Assembly (NCBI GenBank): GCA_965511205.1
Contig: CBEPPX010000001.1
Location: forward strand, 1-26,038
Direction of reading: 5' to 3'
Length of the DNA: 26,038 nt
Source: an uncultured Ignavibacteriales bacterium
Lineage (GTDB): Bacteria; Bacteroidota; Ignavibacteria; Ignavibacteriales; Ignavibacteriaceae
Positions 8,041 to 17,421 of the stretch are shown here, one piece after another. Numbering within the stretch: position 1 is the stretch's first letter; every line of letters starts with the position of its first letter. The notes under the pieces are model-generated. The model was not told the origin of the DNA. It did no database searches and worked only from the letters and a program-made list of their open reading frames with translations. A program made the position numbers and the translations under genes.

Positions 8041-9687
8041 TTACATTTCACTTACTGGAAGCGTAATAAAAATTGCAGTACCCTTACCGGTTTCGCTGTT
8101 AATTTTTAATGATCCATTATTTATGGCTACTGATTCTTTAACTAACAATAAACCCAGTCCTGTTCCTAATTCTTTATATGTACCGGCTGTAGAAAACTTT
8201 TCGTTATCATTAATCTTCTTCAAATTTTCATCACTAATTCCTATGCCTTCATCACAAATAGCAATGCGAACTTTGTCTATATCTTCATTTTCCATATTAA
8301 TAATTTCAACTGAAACTTTAATCATTCCACCGGTGTCTGAATATTTTATAGAGTTTGCTATAAGATTTGTAAAAATCAGGTTAAGCATGTCTTTATCAAC
8401 AAAAGCAAAAGTATCCGGTTCAATTTCATTTTTAAATAGTATATCCTTTTTCTTAATTCTATCTTTCAGTTTTAATAAAACAGAGTCAACTTCCGCAGAA
8501 AGATCCTGTAATCGAGGTCTGTATTCATATTTACCAAGTTGTAAACTTGAATAGTGAAGAAGATTAGTCGTCATACCAAAAAGAGTATTAGATGATTCAT
8601 TTATCACGCTAAGATATTCTTTAATTTCCAGCTGAGTAAGCGTATCATATTCATCAGTAAGGATATTTGCAAAACCCAGCAGCGAATTAAAAGGGCTTTT
8701 AAGGTCGTGCGAAATTAATGAGAACAACTGGTCTTTTGATCGGTTCAAGTCCTTTAACTGCTTTATCATACCCTCTTTTTCTTTCTCAACAATTTTTCTT
8801 TCAATAGCGCGTGAAATCGGGTGAGCAATCACATCGAAAAGTTGTTTTTCAATTTCACCGTATGTTTTCGGATCCTTATAATCCTGCACAACCATCGCAC
8901 CAATAGTCTTCTCTTTAATTTTTAATGGAACTCCCAGCCATATTTGAGATTGTGGTCCTGTTAATTCCATCTCACTTCTTCTTATAAGTTCCTTATCCAT
9001 TTCAGGATCAACGAGGGCAGACTTACCAGTTCTAATAATGTATTCTGTTAATCCTTTCCCAAATTTTTTAGAAGAAGAATCTGTATCTTTTTCATCAACA
9101 AAATAAGGGAAGGTAAGCAGCTCTGAATCTTTATTATAATAAGCTATATAAAAATTATCTGCTTTCATTAATTTGCTTATGGAAGAATGAATAAACCCGA
9201 AAAGCTCATTAATATTTTTTTCGGAATTAGCTTCCTCTAAAATCTCCAGCACAATTTGTTTAACCTTTTCGCCCTTCATTGATGCGCTAATATCCTGGAG
9301 AGTTCCTGTAATTAAGGTGGGCTGCTCAGATGAATCCAAATAAGCAAATGAATTATCTTCAATCCATTTTAATTTGCCATTTTTTGTTTCGATAAGGTAA
9401 GTAGCAAAGCATTCTTTAATCATTCTAAGTGATTTTGTATCAACAGGATAGCAGTTAGTTCGATCAACAATCGTATCTCTTATAATAGTATCAAAGCCAA
9501 TTTTGTTTAACTCATCCATACTGTAACCGGTAAGTTTTTCTATTACCGGACTTACAAAAGTATATAGCTTCCTAATATTATCGTACTTGTAGAAAACGTA
9601 AGTATTTATAAAGGTATCTACACTTTTTACCTCTTTATTAGATGGAAAAACTATTTTCTCTTTTTCAGTCTGAACAGGATTTGTCAT
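8041..9687 (-). CDS. Cytoplasmic PAS-GAF sensor histidine kinase
   Basis: PAS (FVSPVIEKLTGYS...KNGKLKWIED...GTLQDI), GAF (GKGLTEYIIRTG...WLGVPLK...IGAMVVQ), H-box SHDLKSPF, N-box NLIANSIKYS, G1 DEGIGI and G2 GTGLGL. No TM segment is evident. Confidence 0.93.
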   Translation of the reverse strand: MTNPVQTEKEKIVFPSNKEVKSVDTFINTYVFYKYDNIRKLYTFVSPVIEKLTGYSMDELNKIGFDTIIRDTIVDRTNCYPVDTKSLRMIKECFATYLIETKNGKLKWIEDNSFAYLDSSEQPTLITGTLQDISASMKGEKVKQIVLEILEEANSEKNINELFGFIHSSISKLMKADNFYIAYYNKDSELLTFPYFVDEKDTDSSSKKFGKGLTEYIIRTGKSALVDPEMDKELIRRSEMELTGPQSQIWLGVPLKIKEKTIGAMVVQDYKDPKTYGEIEKQLFDVIAHPISRAIERKIVEKEKEGMIKQLKDLNRSKDQLFSLISHDLKSPFNSLLGFANILTDEYDTLTQLEIKEYLSVINESSNTLFGMTTNLLHYSSLQLGKYEYRPRLQDLSAEVDSVLLKLKDRIKKKDILFKNEIEPDTFAFVDKDMLNLIFTNLIANSIKYSDTGGMIKVSVEIINMENEDIDKVRIAICDEGIGISDENLKKINDNEKFSTAGTYKELGTGLGLLLVKESVAINNGSLKINSETGKGTAIFITLPVSEM

Positions 9688-9825
9688 CTTTCCTCTAATT
9701 AAATTTATTCTGATTTATTCTTATTTATTTGATTATTGCAATTATTATGCCGATAGGAAGTAAAAATTTCTATTCTTATATGATTCAACTTAAGGGCGTG
9801 GTTAGAAAATTGATATGAAAAATAC

Positions 9826-9854
9826 TTGACATTTTGTTTAGAGAAGCTTATTTT
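9826..9854 (+). promoter_or_regulatory. Sigma70-type promoter of feoAB
   Basis: Perfect TTGACA (9826-9831), 17-nt spacer, TATTTT (9849-9854), about 45 nt upstream of feoA. Confidence 0.6.
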
Positions 9855-9876
9855 TATGTAGATTAAATCTGAATAA
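9854..9876. promoter_or_regulatory. Candidate Fur-family operator (11-1-11 inverted repeat)
   Basis: TTATGTAGATT-A-AATCTGAATAA, 9 of 11 positions complementary. It covers the predicted transcription start of feoAB, and a fur gene lies downstream. Confidence 0.6.
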
Positions 9877-9898
9877 TAATTGAGAGAAGGCAAAGTTG

Positions 9899-10120
9899 AT
9901 GAAAACGGCTTCGGAATTAAATTTTGGGGAAAAGGTAACAATAAGCGATATCGATTCTTCACACCCATCACATAAAAGAATATTAGAAATTGGATTTACG
10001 CCCGGGCAGGAAATTGAATTAGTTAACAAATCTATTTTTAACGACCCCGTTGCATTTTCTGTTAGAGGATCTTTAATTGCAATAAGAAAAAGTGAAGCCG
10101 ATTGCATTAAAGTTAGATGA
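9899..10120 (+). CDS. feoA: Ferrous iron transport protein A
   Basis: SH3-like FeoA pattern RILEIGFTPGQEI...DPVAFSVRGSLIAIRKSEA. It overlaps feoB by ATGA. The start is ATG 9899 or TTG 9896. Confidence 0.93.
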   Translation: MKTASELNFGEKVTISDIDSSHPSHKRILEIGFTPGQEIELVNKSIFNDPVAFSVRGSLIAIRKSEADCIKVR

Positions 10121-12147
10121 AAGAACACCTTACTAAGGAGCTACCCTTAATCACTTTAGTGGGTCCCCCCAATTCAGGAAAAACCACCTTATTTAATTTA
10201 CTTAGTGGTAAAAATGTTAAAACTGTAAATTACCCCGGCTCAACTGTTGAATATTCGGCAAGCAGGTTACTTTCCAAGTTTGAAATCAACGCAAAAGTTG
10301 TGGATTCTCCGGGGATGATTAGTCTGCATCCCAATTCTCTTGATGAAAAAGTTGCTATAAATTCTCTCTATTCTGATACCGAACCTGGTTCATCACATTT
10401 AATAATTAATACTATTGATGCAAGCCAGCTTTCAAGACATCTGCTTCTTTCAAAGCAGCTAATTAAAGCAGGTTTCCACGTAATTATAGTATTAACCATG
10501 ACTGATGTTTTAAGCCGTAAAAGAATTTCAATATCGGAACTAAAATTAAAAAATGAATTAAAGTGTGATGTAATTTCAATTAATGGAAGAACAGGCAGCG
10601 GGCTAGATAAATTGATCACAGCTATCTATTGTAATCTCGGTATTCTTGAAAAATCAGTTAGCAAGCATCAACCATTAATTGCCCCCGATGTTGATAAGGA
10701 TGATGTGATCCAATCATATATCGAAATTGAACGGATTGTAAATAAAGTTTCTTTTGAAGATGGTGCTGATAACAGACCTAACCTGGCAGAAGCCAATAAA
10801 GAGCTAAATATAATTGGCGGAAAAATAGGGGGCAACGGAAATTCCCCTGATGAATACACTTTAAAGATTGATAGAGTTCTACTTCACAAATTTTGGGGAT
10901 TTGCTGCATTCGTTTTAATTATGGGTTTAACATTCACCTCCATCTTCTGGCTGGCAACTCCTTTAATGGGTCTTATTGATAATGCTTTCGGAAACCTTGG
11001 TGAAGTTGTTTCATCCGGCTTGGGCACAGGATGGTTCTCAAGTCTTATTGCTGATGGAATAATAAACGGAGCCGGTGCAGTATTAGTATTTGTTCCGCAA
11101 ATTATAATTCTCTTTCTTATCCTCGGCTTTTTAGAAGATACCGGTTACCTTGCGCGCGGAGCTATGTTAATTGATAAACCGCTTTCTAAAATTGGATTGA
11201 ACGGAAGATCGTTTGTACCAATGGTTTCCGGTTTTGCATGCGCTATTCCAGCTATGATGGCTGCGCGCACAATTCCAAACCGAAAAGAAAGACTGCTTAC
11301 AATTTTCATTATTCCCCTTATGAGCTGTAGTGCACGACTTCCCGTATATGCACTTTTAATTGCATACTTAATCCCCAGGGATAACCCAATGCTTGGAGGA
11401 TTTATTCTTGCAGGGATTTATATTTTCAGTATTTTAAGTTCAGTTATAATCGCAGGAGTAATAAATAAATTTAGGGAAAAGCTTTTAAAAGCTGATGATA
11501 ATTCTTCTTTCATCCTGGAACTTCCAACTTATAAGATTCCAAAAATCAGTTCGGTAATTAAAAATACATATCTTAGTTCCAGGGAATATTTGTTCAGGGC
11601 AGGTCCTATAATCCTCCTGTTTTCTATAATTATTTGGTTCGCAACTTTCTTCCCGGATATAGATCCGCAAATTGAATCACAAAATTTATCGCAGGAAGAA
11701 ATTGTAAATCTTCAAAGTACTGTAAGATTCGAAAATTCTTATGCCACTAAATTTGGTAAGCTCGTTCAGCCGGTTATGACTCCATTAGGAATGGATTGGA
11801 GAGTTGGTGTTTCATTAATTTCTGCATTTGCTGCCCGCGAAGTGTTCGTCTCTTCTCTTGCATTAATTTTTAAAGTTACCGATGGAGAAGAAGGAAATTC
11901 ATTATTAAATTCGATGGAAGAAGCAACGATTGGTGATACCGGGCAAAAACTATTTACACCTGCAACTGTTACAGGTTTGATCCTGTTTTTTGTCTTCGCG
12001 CTTCAATGTCTTTCCACCGTTGCAGTTTCCAGAAAAGAAACGGGCAGCTGGAGAATTCCCATTTTACAGGTTGTGTTATTTACTTTAATTGCTTACGTGG
12101 CAACCCTGGTAGCTGTTAACGGTTTGCGTGCAATAGGTGTAGAATAA
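10117..12147 (+). CDS. feoB: Ferrous iron transport protein B
   Basis: GTPase motifs GPPNSGKT, NYPGSTVE and DSPG, followed by a membrane domain with LEDTGYLAR, GFACAIPA, MSCSARLPVY, FILELPTY and AAREVFVS. Confidence 0.96.
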   Translation: MKEHLTKELPLITLVGPPNSGKTTLFNLLSGKNVKTVNYPGSTVEYSASRLLSKFEINAKVVDSPGMISLHPNSLDEKVAINSLYSDTEPGSSHLIINTIDASQLSRHLLLSKQLIKAGFHVIIVLTMTDVLSRKRISISELKLKNELKCDVISINGRTGSGLDKLITAIYCNLGILEKSVSKHQPLIAPDVDKDDVIQSYIEIERIVNKVSFEDGADNRPNLAEANKELNIIGGKIGGNGNSPDEYTLKIDRVLLHKFWGFAAFVLIMGLTFTSIFWLATPLMGLIDNAFGNLGEVVSSGLGTGWFSSLIADGIINGAGAVLVFVPQIIILFLILGFLEDTGYLARGAMLIDKPLSKIGLNGRSFVPMVSGFACAIPAMMAARTIPNRKERLLTIFIIPLMSCSARLPVYALLIAYLIPRDNPMLGGFILAGIYIFSILSSVIIAGVINKFREKLLKADDNSSFILELPTYKIPKISSVIKNTYLSSREYLFRAGPIILLFSIIIWFATFFPDIDPQIESQNLSQEEIVNLQSTVRFENSYATKFGKLVQPVMTPLGMDWRVGVSLISAFAAREVFVSSLALIFKVTDGEEGNSLLNSMEEATIGDTGQKLFTPATVTGLILFFVFALQCLSTVAVSRKETGSWRIPILQVVLFTLIAYVATLVAVNGLRAIGVE

Positions 12148-12195
12148 ACTAATAGCCAGCAACAGAATTTTAGTAGTTAAAAAGTTATGTTGCGA

Positions 12196-12224
12196 TTGTT
12201 CATCATCATAGATATTTTTATAAT
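12196..12224 (+). promoter_or_regulatory. Sigma70-type promoter of fur
   Basis: TTGTTC (12196-12201), 17-nt spacer, perfect TATAAT (12219-12224), 21 nt before the TTG start. Confidence 0.5.
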
Positions 12225-12245
12225 TAATAAACATAATATTTAAAA

Positions 12246-12695
12246 TTGAAGCAAAAACAAGCTGCAGAAATATTCAGAAATTTTTTGAAGAGTGGTAAGA
12301 ACCGAATAACTCCGGAAAGATTCGAGGTGATGGAAGCTGCCATTGATCATGAAGGTCACTTTGGTGCTGATGATCTTTACATTTTGATGAAAAATGCTAA
12401 TTCCCGTGTATCGCGTGCAACAGTTTATAAAACTCTTGAGCTGCTCGTTCAATGCGACTTACTAAGTAAAAGGCATTTTGGCGAAAACCTTACAAGGTAT
12501 GAAAGCAGTTTTAAACGCCAGACTCACGATCATCTTATTTGTATTGATTGTGGAAGAATAGTTGAATTTTCAGATGCACGAATTAAAAAATTACCTGAGA
12601 AAATAAGCGAAGAACTTGGTTTTGACCTGGAAAGTTATTCTTTTAATATTTTTGGAAGATGCCGCGATCCTAGAAAATGTAAACATTATAAATAA
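12246..12695 (+). CDS. fur: Fur-family transcriptional repressor
   Basis: RITPER, HFGADDLY, VSRATVYKTLELL, HDHLICIDCGRIVEF and C-terminal Cys residues. TTG start, adjacent to feoAB. Fur versus PerR/Zur cannot be settled from motifs alone. Confidence 0.9.
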   Translation: MKQKQAAEIFRNFLKSGKNRITPERFEVMEAAIDHEGHFGADDLYILMKNANSRVSRATVYKTLELLVQCDLLSKRHFGENLTRYESSFKRQTHDHLICIDCGRIVEFSDARIKKLPEKISEELGFDLESYSFNIFGRCRDPRKCKHYK

Positions 12696-12747
12696 AGTTA
12701 GTAAAAATTAAAGTTATCCTTTCAAAATTTAATTATTTCTGTCAGCC

Positions 12748-13461
12748 ATGTCTAAACAAAAATATCCTTTAAGCTGGAAGAAAAATAATTTTTCAATTAA
12801 AATTTTTTGTTCTATTCCTAACATTGCAACAGGAATATTACTAAGAGCGAACGATGCTTATTTTATTGTTGACCCCGGCGATGGGATTTTAAGAGATTTA
12901 AATACAGAGATAGGCACATTAAAAATTCTTAATGTATCCGATATTTTTGTAACTCATGGGCATCACGATCACGTTGGAGGCGTATGGTCCTTATTAACAT
13001 ACTTAAGGGTGATGAACAAGCAAACCCCGCTTACAATTCACTACCCAAAAGGTTGTGTAGAAATTGAAAGCATCTACAACGCATTTGAAAAAGTTTATGC
13101 AAAAACCATAACATATAAAATAGAGTTAAGAAAAATAAAAGAGATTAAAAGTTTCAGCCGGAAAAATGTTACGGTTAAACCGTTCCCTGTTATTCATAAA
13201 GAATATTTACCGGATGGTATAAAAACCAGGCAGGTTCCAGCAATTGGATATAAATTTACTTTTAACGAAAAGAAAATTTGTTACGGTGGCGATACAGCTT
13301 ACTGCAAAGAACTTGTACAGCATGCTAAAAATTCCGATCTTGCAATTTTAGAAGCCGGACACGAAGAGGAAACGCCGGATGAAATGCACATGACACAAAA
13401 AGAAGCAATCTCTATTGGGAAAAGTGCTAAAGATTATTTCCTTGTTCATGTTCCGGAATAA
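12748..13461 (+). CDS. MBL-fold metallo-hydrolase, RNase Z-like
   Basis: VDPGDG, THGHHDH (HxHxDH), a later His, YGGDT, ILEA, HMT and terminal LVH. Confidence 0.8.
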   Translation: MSKQKYPLSWKKNNFSIKIFCSIPNIATGILLRANDAYFIVDPGDGILRDLNTEIGTLKILNVSDIFVTHGHHDHVGGVWSLLTYLRVMNKQTPLTIHYPKGCVEIESIYNAFEKVYAKTITYKIELRKIKEIKSFSRKNVTVKPFPVIHKEYLPDGIKTRQVPAIGYKFTFNEKKICYGGDTAYCKELVQHAKNSDLAILEAGHEEETPDEMHMTQKEAISIGKSAKDYFLVHVPE

Positions 13462-13505
13462 TAAAATTAACTAACAATAATATTCTAACAAAATAAAACT
13501 TTTTC

Positions 13506-14555
13506 ATGAAAAATCTTTTTGTATTATTTGCTATTTCTATCTTCATTTTATTCATTTCCTGCTCCACTCCTAAAAAAGAAGATAGTTACAGAATTGATGG
13601 AGAAACGCATTTAAAAAACATAACAATGATCACTGAAGATGGTGAGAATGCAGAAGCTTATCTTTCCTTCGACGAAAGTAAATTATCTTTTCAGGCTACG
13701 TTTGGAGAATTGGAGTGCGACCAGATATTTACAATGAACATTGACGGAACAGATAAAAAAATGGTGTCAACCGGTAAAGGAAGAACTACCTGTGCTTATT
13801 ATTTACCGGGAGATGACAGAGTTATTTATTCATCAACACATTTAGCCGATGTAAACTGCCCGCCCGAGCCGGACAGATCTAAAGGATATGTTTGGCAATT
13901 GTATAACTCCTTCGATATTTTTTCTGTGAAGACAGATGGAACTGACCTTGTTCGTTTAACTGAATCAGCTGGATATGATGCTGAAGCAACTGTTTCACCA
14001 AATGGAGATAGAATTGTTTTTACTTCGATGCGGGACGACGACCCGGAAATTTATGTGATGGATATTGATGGAAGCAACCAAACAAGATTAACATATGAAA
14101 AAGGTTACGACGGCGGACCATTCTTTTCTGCAGACGGAAGCAAAATTGTTTTCAGAGCCAGCAGACCCAAAACAGAGGAAGAACTTGCAGATTATGATGA
14201 ACTTGTAGAGCTTGGTTATGTTAGACCATCAGCACTCGAAATCTATGTTATGAATTCAGATGGTAGTAACAAAAAACAAATTACTAACCTTGGTAAAGCC
14301 AGTTTTGCGCCATTTTTTCATCCCAAAGGTGATAAAATCATATTTGCCTCAAACATTAACAGCGAAACCGGAAGGAACTTTGACATCTATACTATTAACT
14401 TAGATGGAACCGGGTTGGAGCAAATTACATTTAACGAAACTTTTGATGGCTTTCCTATTTTTTCAAGAGATGGTAAAAAGCTAATATTCTGTTCAAACAG
14501 GTTTAATAAGAAGGAAGGCGATACAAACGTTTTTACAGCAGACTGGATTGACTAA
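13506..14555 (+). CDS. TolB-like (PD40) beta-propeller lipoprotein
   Basis: Lipobox FISC and repeated units such as YDAEATVSPNGDRIVFTS, YDGGPFFSADGSKIVF, FAPFFHPKGDKIIFAS and FDGFPIFSRDGKKLIF. Confidence 0.88.
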   Translation: MKNLFVLFAISIFILFISCSTPKKEDSYRIDGETHLKNITMITEDGENAEAYLSFDESKLSFQATFGELECDQIFTMNIDGTDKKMVSTGKGRTTCAYYLPGDDRVIYSSTHLADVNCPPEPDRSKGYVWQLYNSFDIFSVKTDGTDLVRLTESAGYDAEATVSPNGDRIVFTSMRDDDPEIYVMDIDGSNQTRLTYEKGYDGGPFFSADGSKIVFRASRPKTEEELADYDELVELGYVRPSALEIYVMNSDGSNKKQITNLGKASFAPFFHPKGDKIIFASNINSETGRNFDIYTINLDGTGLEQITFNETFDGFPIFSRDGKKLIFCSNRFNKKEGDTNVFTADWID

Positions 14556-14592
14556 TTTTTTATTTTTAATTTAATCACAATATGTATTCAAT

Positions 14593-16395
14593 ATGAAAAA
14601 TATAATTTATCTACTTATAATATTCTTATCCCTGGGATTTGTTATTCAGATTTTTGCTCAATCTCTAGACAGCCCGGATATTACAGCAGCAGAAATTCAG
14701 GAACATATAAACTATCTTGCTTCAGATGAATTGAAAGGAAGAGATTCAGGAAGTGAAGGGTGTCTTGAAGCTGCCAGGTATATTGAAAATGAGTTTAAAA
14801 AATATGGTTTAACACCACTATTTGATGGAAGTTATATGCAGGAGTTTCCGTTTATCTCTACTATTCAACTAACTGATAATAATTTGCTAACAATTACACT
14901 TCCTGATACTGAACTAAATCCAGTTTTGCACGAAGATTATATAACCGTACCGTTTTCAGGCAATGCAGATGTTGATGCTAAACTTGTTTTTGCCGGTTTC
15001 GGAATATCTGCACCAAACCTGGAATATGATGATTATGAGAATTTGGATGTTGAAGGTAAAGTTGTTATTGTTTTAAGAAATCATCCCGACCAGGATAATC
15101 CTCATTCCGAATTCGATAAGTTTGCCCCTCTCAGAAAAAAATCATCTGTTGCAAGAGATAAAGGAGCATTGGGTATAATCTTTGTAAATGGATATGAAGA
15201 ATTTAAAGAGGGTGACGACTTAGTGAATTTTACATACGATAGAGGCGGCGCAGTTACAGGTTTTGCAATTGCTAATGTTAAAAGAGAGATAGTTGAAGAA
15301 ATATTTAGTTCAAGCGGATTGAGTTTTAAAACATACTACGAAAATATTATTGCAGAGAAGAAACCTGCATCATTCATTTTTGACAATGTAAATGTGAGAC
15401 TTTCAACAGGAATAGAAGAGGTTGAAACTATTAGCTGGAACGTTGCCGGGTATCTGCCGGCAACAAATCCTAAATTTAAAGATGAATATATAGTTCTTGG
15501 CGCTCATTTCGATCATCTTGGAATGGGCGGACAAAATTCACTTTACCAGGGTGATGAACCGCAGGTACATAATGGAGCAGATGATAACGCTTCAGGCACA
15601 ACAGGGCTGCTTGAACTTGCCGAGAAGTTTGCCTCAGTGAAGAATAAGCTGAATAGAAATATTATATTTGTTGCATTTTCTGGTGAAGAGCTTGGATTAC
15701 TGGGTTCCGGTTATTTTGTTAACAACATGCCAATCAATTCAAACCAGGTTGCTACTATGATAAACATGGATATGATTGGAAGATTAAATGATGAAAAATC
15801 CCTGATAGTTTACGGAACCGGTACTTCAACAAACTGGAAAGTTTTTTTAGACGATATTAATGGTTATGGTTTCAGCTTAACATTTAATGATGAAGGTTAC
15901 GGACCCAGTGATCATTCTTCATTTTACGGTAAGGAGATTCCTGTGCTTTTTTTCTTTACAGGTACTCACACAGATTATCATAGACCTTCAGACGATGCAG
16001 ATAAAATAAATGCATCGGGCGAAGAAGAAGTGCTAAAATATATTTATGATGTAACTAATTTTATCAGTACGCTAACAGAGGCGCCTGATTACCTGCTTGT
16101 TGAGAAAAAGGACATGGGACAAATGCCGGGTAGAAAAGTTTGGGTGGGTACCATTCCGGATTTTGCCGGTGAAGTTGATGGCTACAAAATAAGCGGGGTT
16201 TCAGATGGAAGTCCTGCGCAGCTTGGAGGTTTGCAGGGAGGTGATATTATAATCAAGTTTGGAGATAAGATAATTTCCAATATTTATGATTTCACTTACG
16301 CACTTGCAGATTTTCTCCCGGGCGATAAAGTGAAAGTTATTGTAAAAAGAGGTGAAGAAGAAATAACTTATGAGCTTACGCTTAGATCAAAGTAA
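14593..16395 (+). CDS. Secreted M28-family aminopeptidase with PA and PDZ domains
   Basis: Signal peptide, YLASDELKGR, PA insert (VFAGFGI...DDY..LDVEGKVV), zinc ligands in GAHFDH, GADDNASG, GEELGLLGS, NMDM, SDH and DYH, and a C-terminal PDZ (GSPAQLGGLQGGDII). Confidence 0.92.
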   Translation: MKNIIYLLIIFLSLGFVIQIFAQSLDSPDITAAEIQEHINYLASDELKGRDSGSEGCLEAARYIENEFKKYGLTPLFDGSYMQEFPFISTIQLTDNNLLTITLPDTELNPVLHEDYITVPFSGNADVDAKLVFAGFGISAPNLEYDDYENLDVEGKVVIVLRNHPDQDNPHSEFDKFAPLRKKSSVARDKGALGIIFVNGYEEFKEGDDLVNFTYDRGGAVTGFAIANVKREIVEEIFSSSGLSFKTYYENIIAEKKPASFIFDNVNVRLSTGIEEVETISWNVAGYLPATNPKFKDEYIVLGAHFDHLGMGGQNSLYQGDEPQVHNGADDNASGTTGLLELAEKFASVKNKLNRNIIFVAFSGEELGLLGSGYFVNNMPINSNQVATMINMDMIGRLNDEKSLIVYGTGTSTNWKVFLDDINGYGFSLTFNDEGYGPSDHSSFYGKEIPVLFFFTGTHTDYHRPSDDADKINASGEEEVLKYIYDVTNFISTLTEAPDYLLVEKKDMGQMPGRKVWVGTIPDFAGEVDGYKISGVSDGSPAQLGGLQGGDIIIKFGDKIISNIYDFTYALADFLPGDKVKVIVKRGEEEITYELTLRSK

Positions 16396-16430
16396 AATCA
16401 ACAAGGATTTTCTGGAAAGTTTAAAGTAAC

Positions 16431-16856
16431 TTGAGGAAAAGAAAAAGAAAGCTCAGCAACCTTGTAATGATCGCAATGATATTGATCGCGGTACTCTACC
16501 TCTTTGTAGATCAAAAAAATATTTATGTCACGGTTGATGAACTAGCAATTGCTTATCAAAAAAATACTAAAAAAGCTGATGAAAAATTCCTAAACAAAAA
16601 ACTGGAATTATCCGGGGAAGTAAAATCATTCATCTCATCTGATAACAAACCAAACCTTCTCGAATTAAAAACCAAAAACAGCAAAATCAAAATTTATTGT
16701 TCGTTCCTATCTCCAGAAGATGATTCATTAGCAGGTACTTTAACATATGCTGCACCGGTTATTATTTCAGGAACTTTTAAAGGGATTAAAAACCAGGACT
16801 CACCAGAAGAAATTTACATTGAGGCAAGTAATATTATTATCCATCAACATAAATAA
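16431..16856 (+). CDS. Membrane-anchored OB-fold protein (tRNA_anti-like family)
   Basis: Basic N-terminus and TM helix, then VTVDELAIAYQKN..KADEKFLNKKLELSGEV, which matches the L..Y..N...AD.KY.GK...V.G.V pattern of this family. Confidence 0.7.
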   Translation: MRKRKRKLSNLVMIAMILIAVLYLFVDQKNIYVTVDELAIAYQKNTKKADEKFLNKKLELSGEVKSFISSDNKPNLLELKTKNSKIKIYCSFLSPEDDSLAGTLTYAAPVIISGTFKGIKNQDSPEEIYIEASNIIIHQHK

Positions 16857-16870
16857 ACTAAATAATTATA

Positions 16871-17293
16871 ATGAAGTTGTTTCAGAAAGAATTATTATTG
16901 GAAGCCCGCAAGAGAGGTTTCCACCTTGTAACAGATACGATAGTAAGACAATTGCCTGAGCTTCAAAATATAAAAACCGGGATAGCTTCAATCTTAATTA
17001 AGCATACATCAGCTTCGTTAACTATTAACGAAAATTTTGATCCGGATGTGCGAACGGATATGGAGAGTTACTTTTCAAAATCTGTTAAAGAAAATGAGCC
17101 ATTTTATCTTCATACCAGCGAAGGTAGTGATGATATGCCTGCACATATAAAATCTTCTTTAATTGGTTCTACTTTAACCATTCCTATTACTGATGGTAGT
17201 TTTAATCTTGGTACATGGCAGGGAATTTATCTTTGCGAACACAGGAACCACGGCGGAAAGAGAAAACTGGTAGTTACACTTTTTGGTGAATAA
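16871..17293 (+). CDS. yjbQ: YjbQ / UPF0047 family protein
   Basis: HTSASLTINEN.DPDVR.D, EGSDDMPAHIKSSL and LGTWQGIYLCEHR. Confidence 0.93.
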   Translation: MKLFQKELLLEARKRGFHLVTDTIVRQLPELQNIKTGIASILIKHTSASLTINENFDPDVRTDMESYFSKSVKENEPFYLHTSEGSDDMPAHIKSSLIGSTLTIPITDGSFNLGTWQGIYLCEHRNHGGKRKLVVTLFGE

Positions 17294-17421
17294 ATTAGTT
17301 AAGAATACTTATTATTTAATGGAAAGTTATTGATACGATTTATTTTAGTCTATTCTTAACTTAATATTTAAATAACTTTATTTATTGATTAAAATAATCG
17401 TATGATTGATTGCAGAGTTTT

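Noticed and set aside
7952..8554. 200-aa plus-strand ORF
   Set aside because: Antisense to the histidine kinase HATPase domain, with S/I/F-rich shadow composition and no motifs.
9705..10128. Minus-strand ORFs 9705-9971 and 9838-10128
   Set aside because: They overlap feoA and its promoter/operator in antisense and show no recognisable protein features.
13506..14555. tolB
   Set aside because: No TolB N-terminal domain and no pal/tolQRA neighbours; only the propeller repeats are shared.
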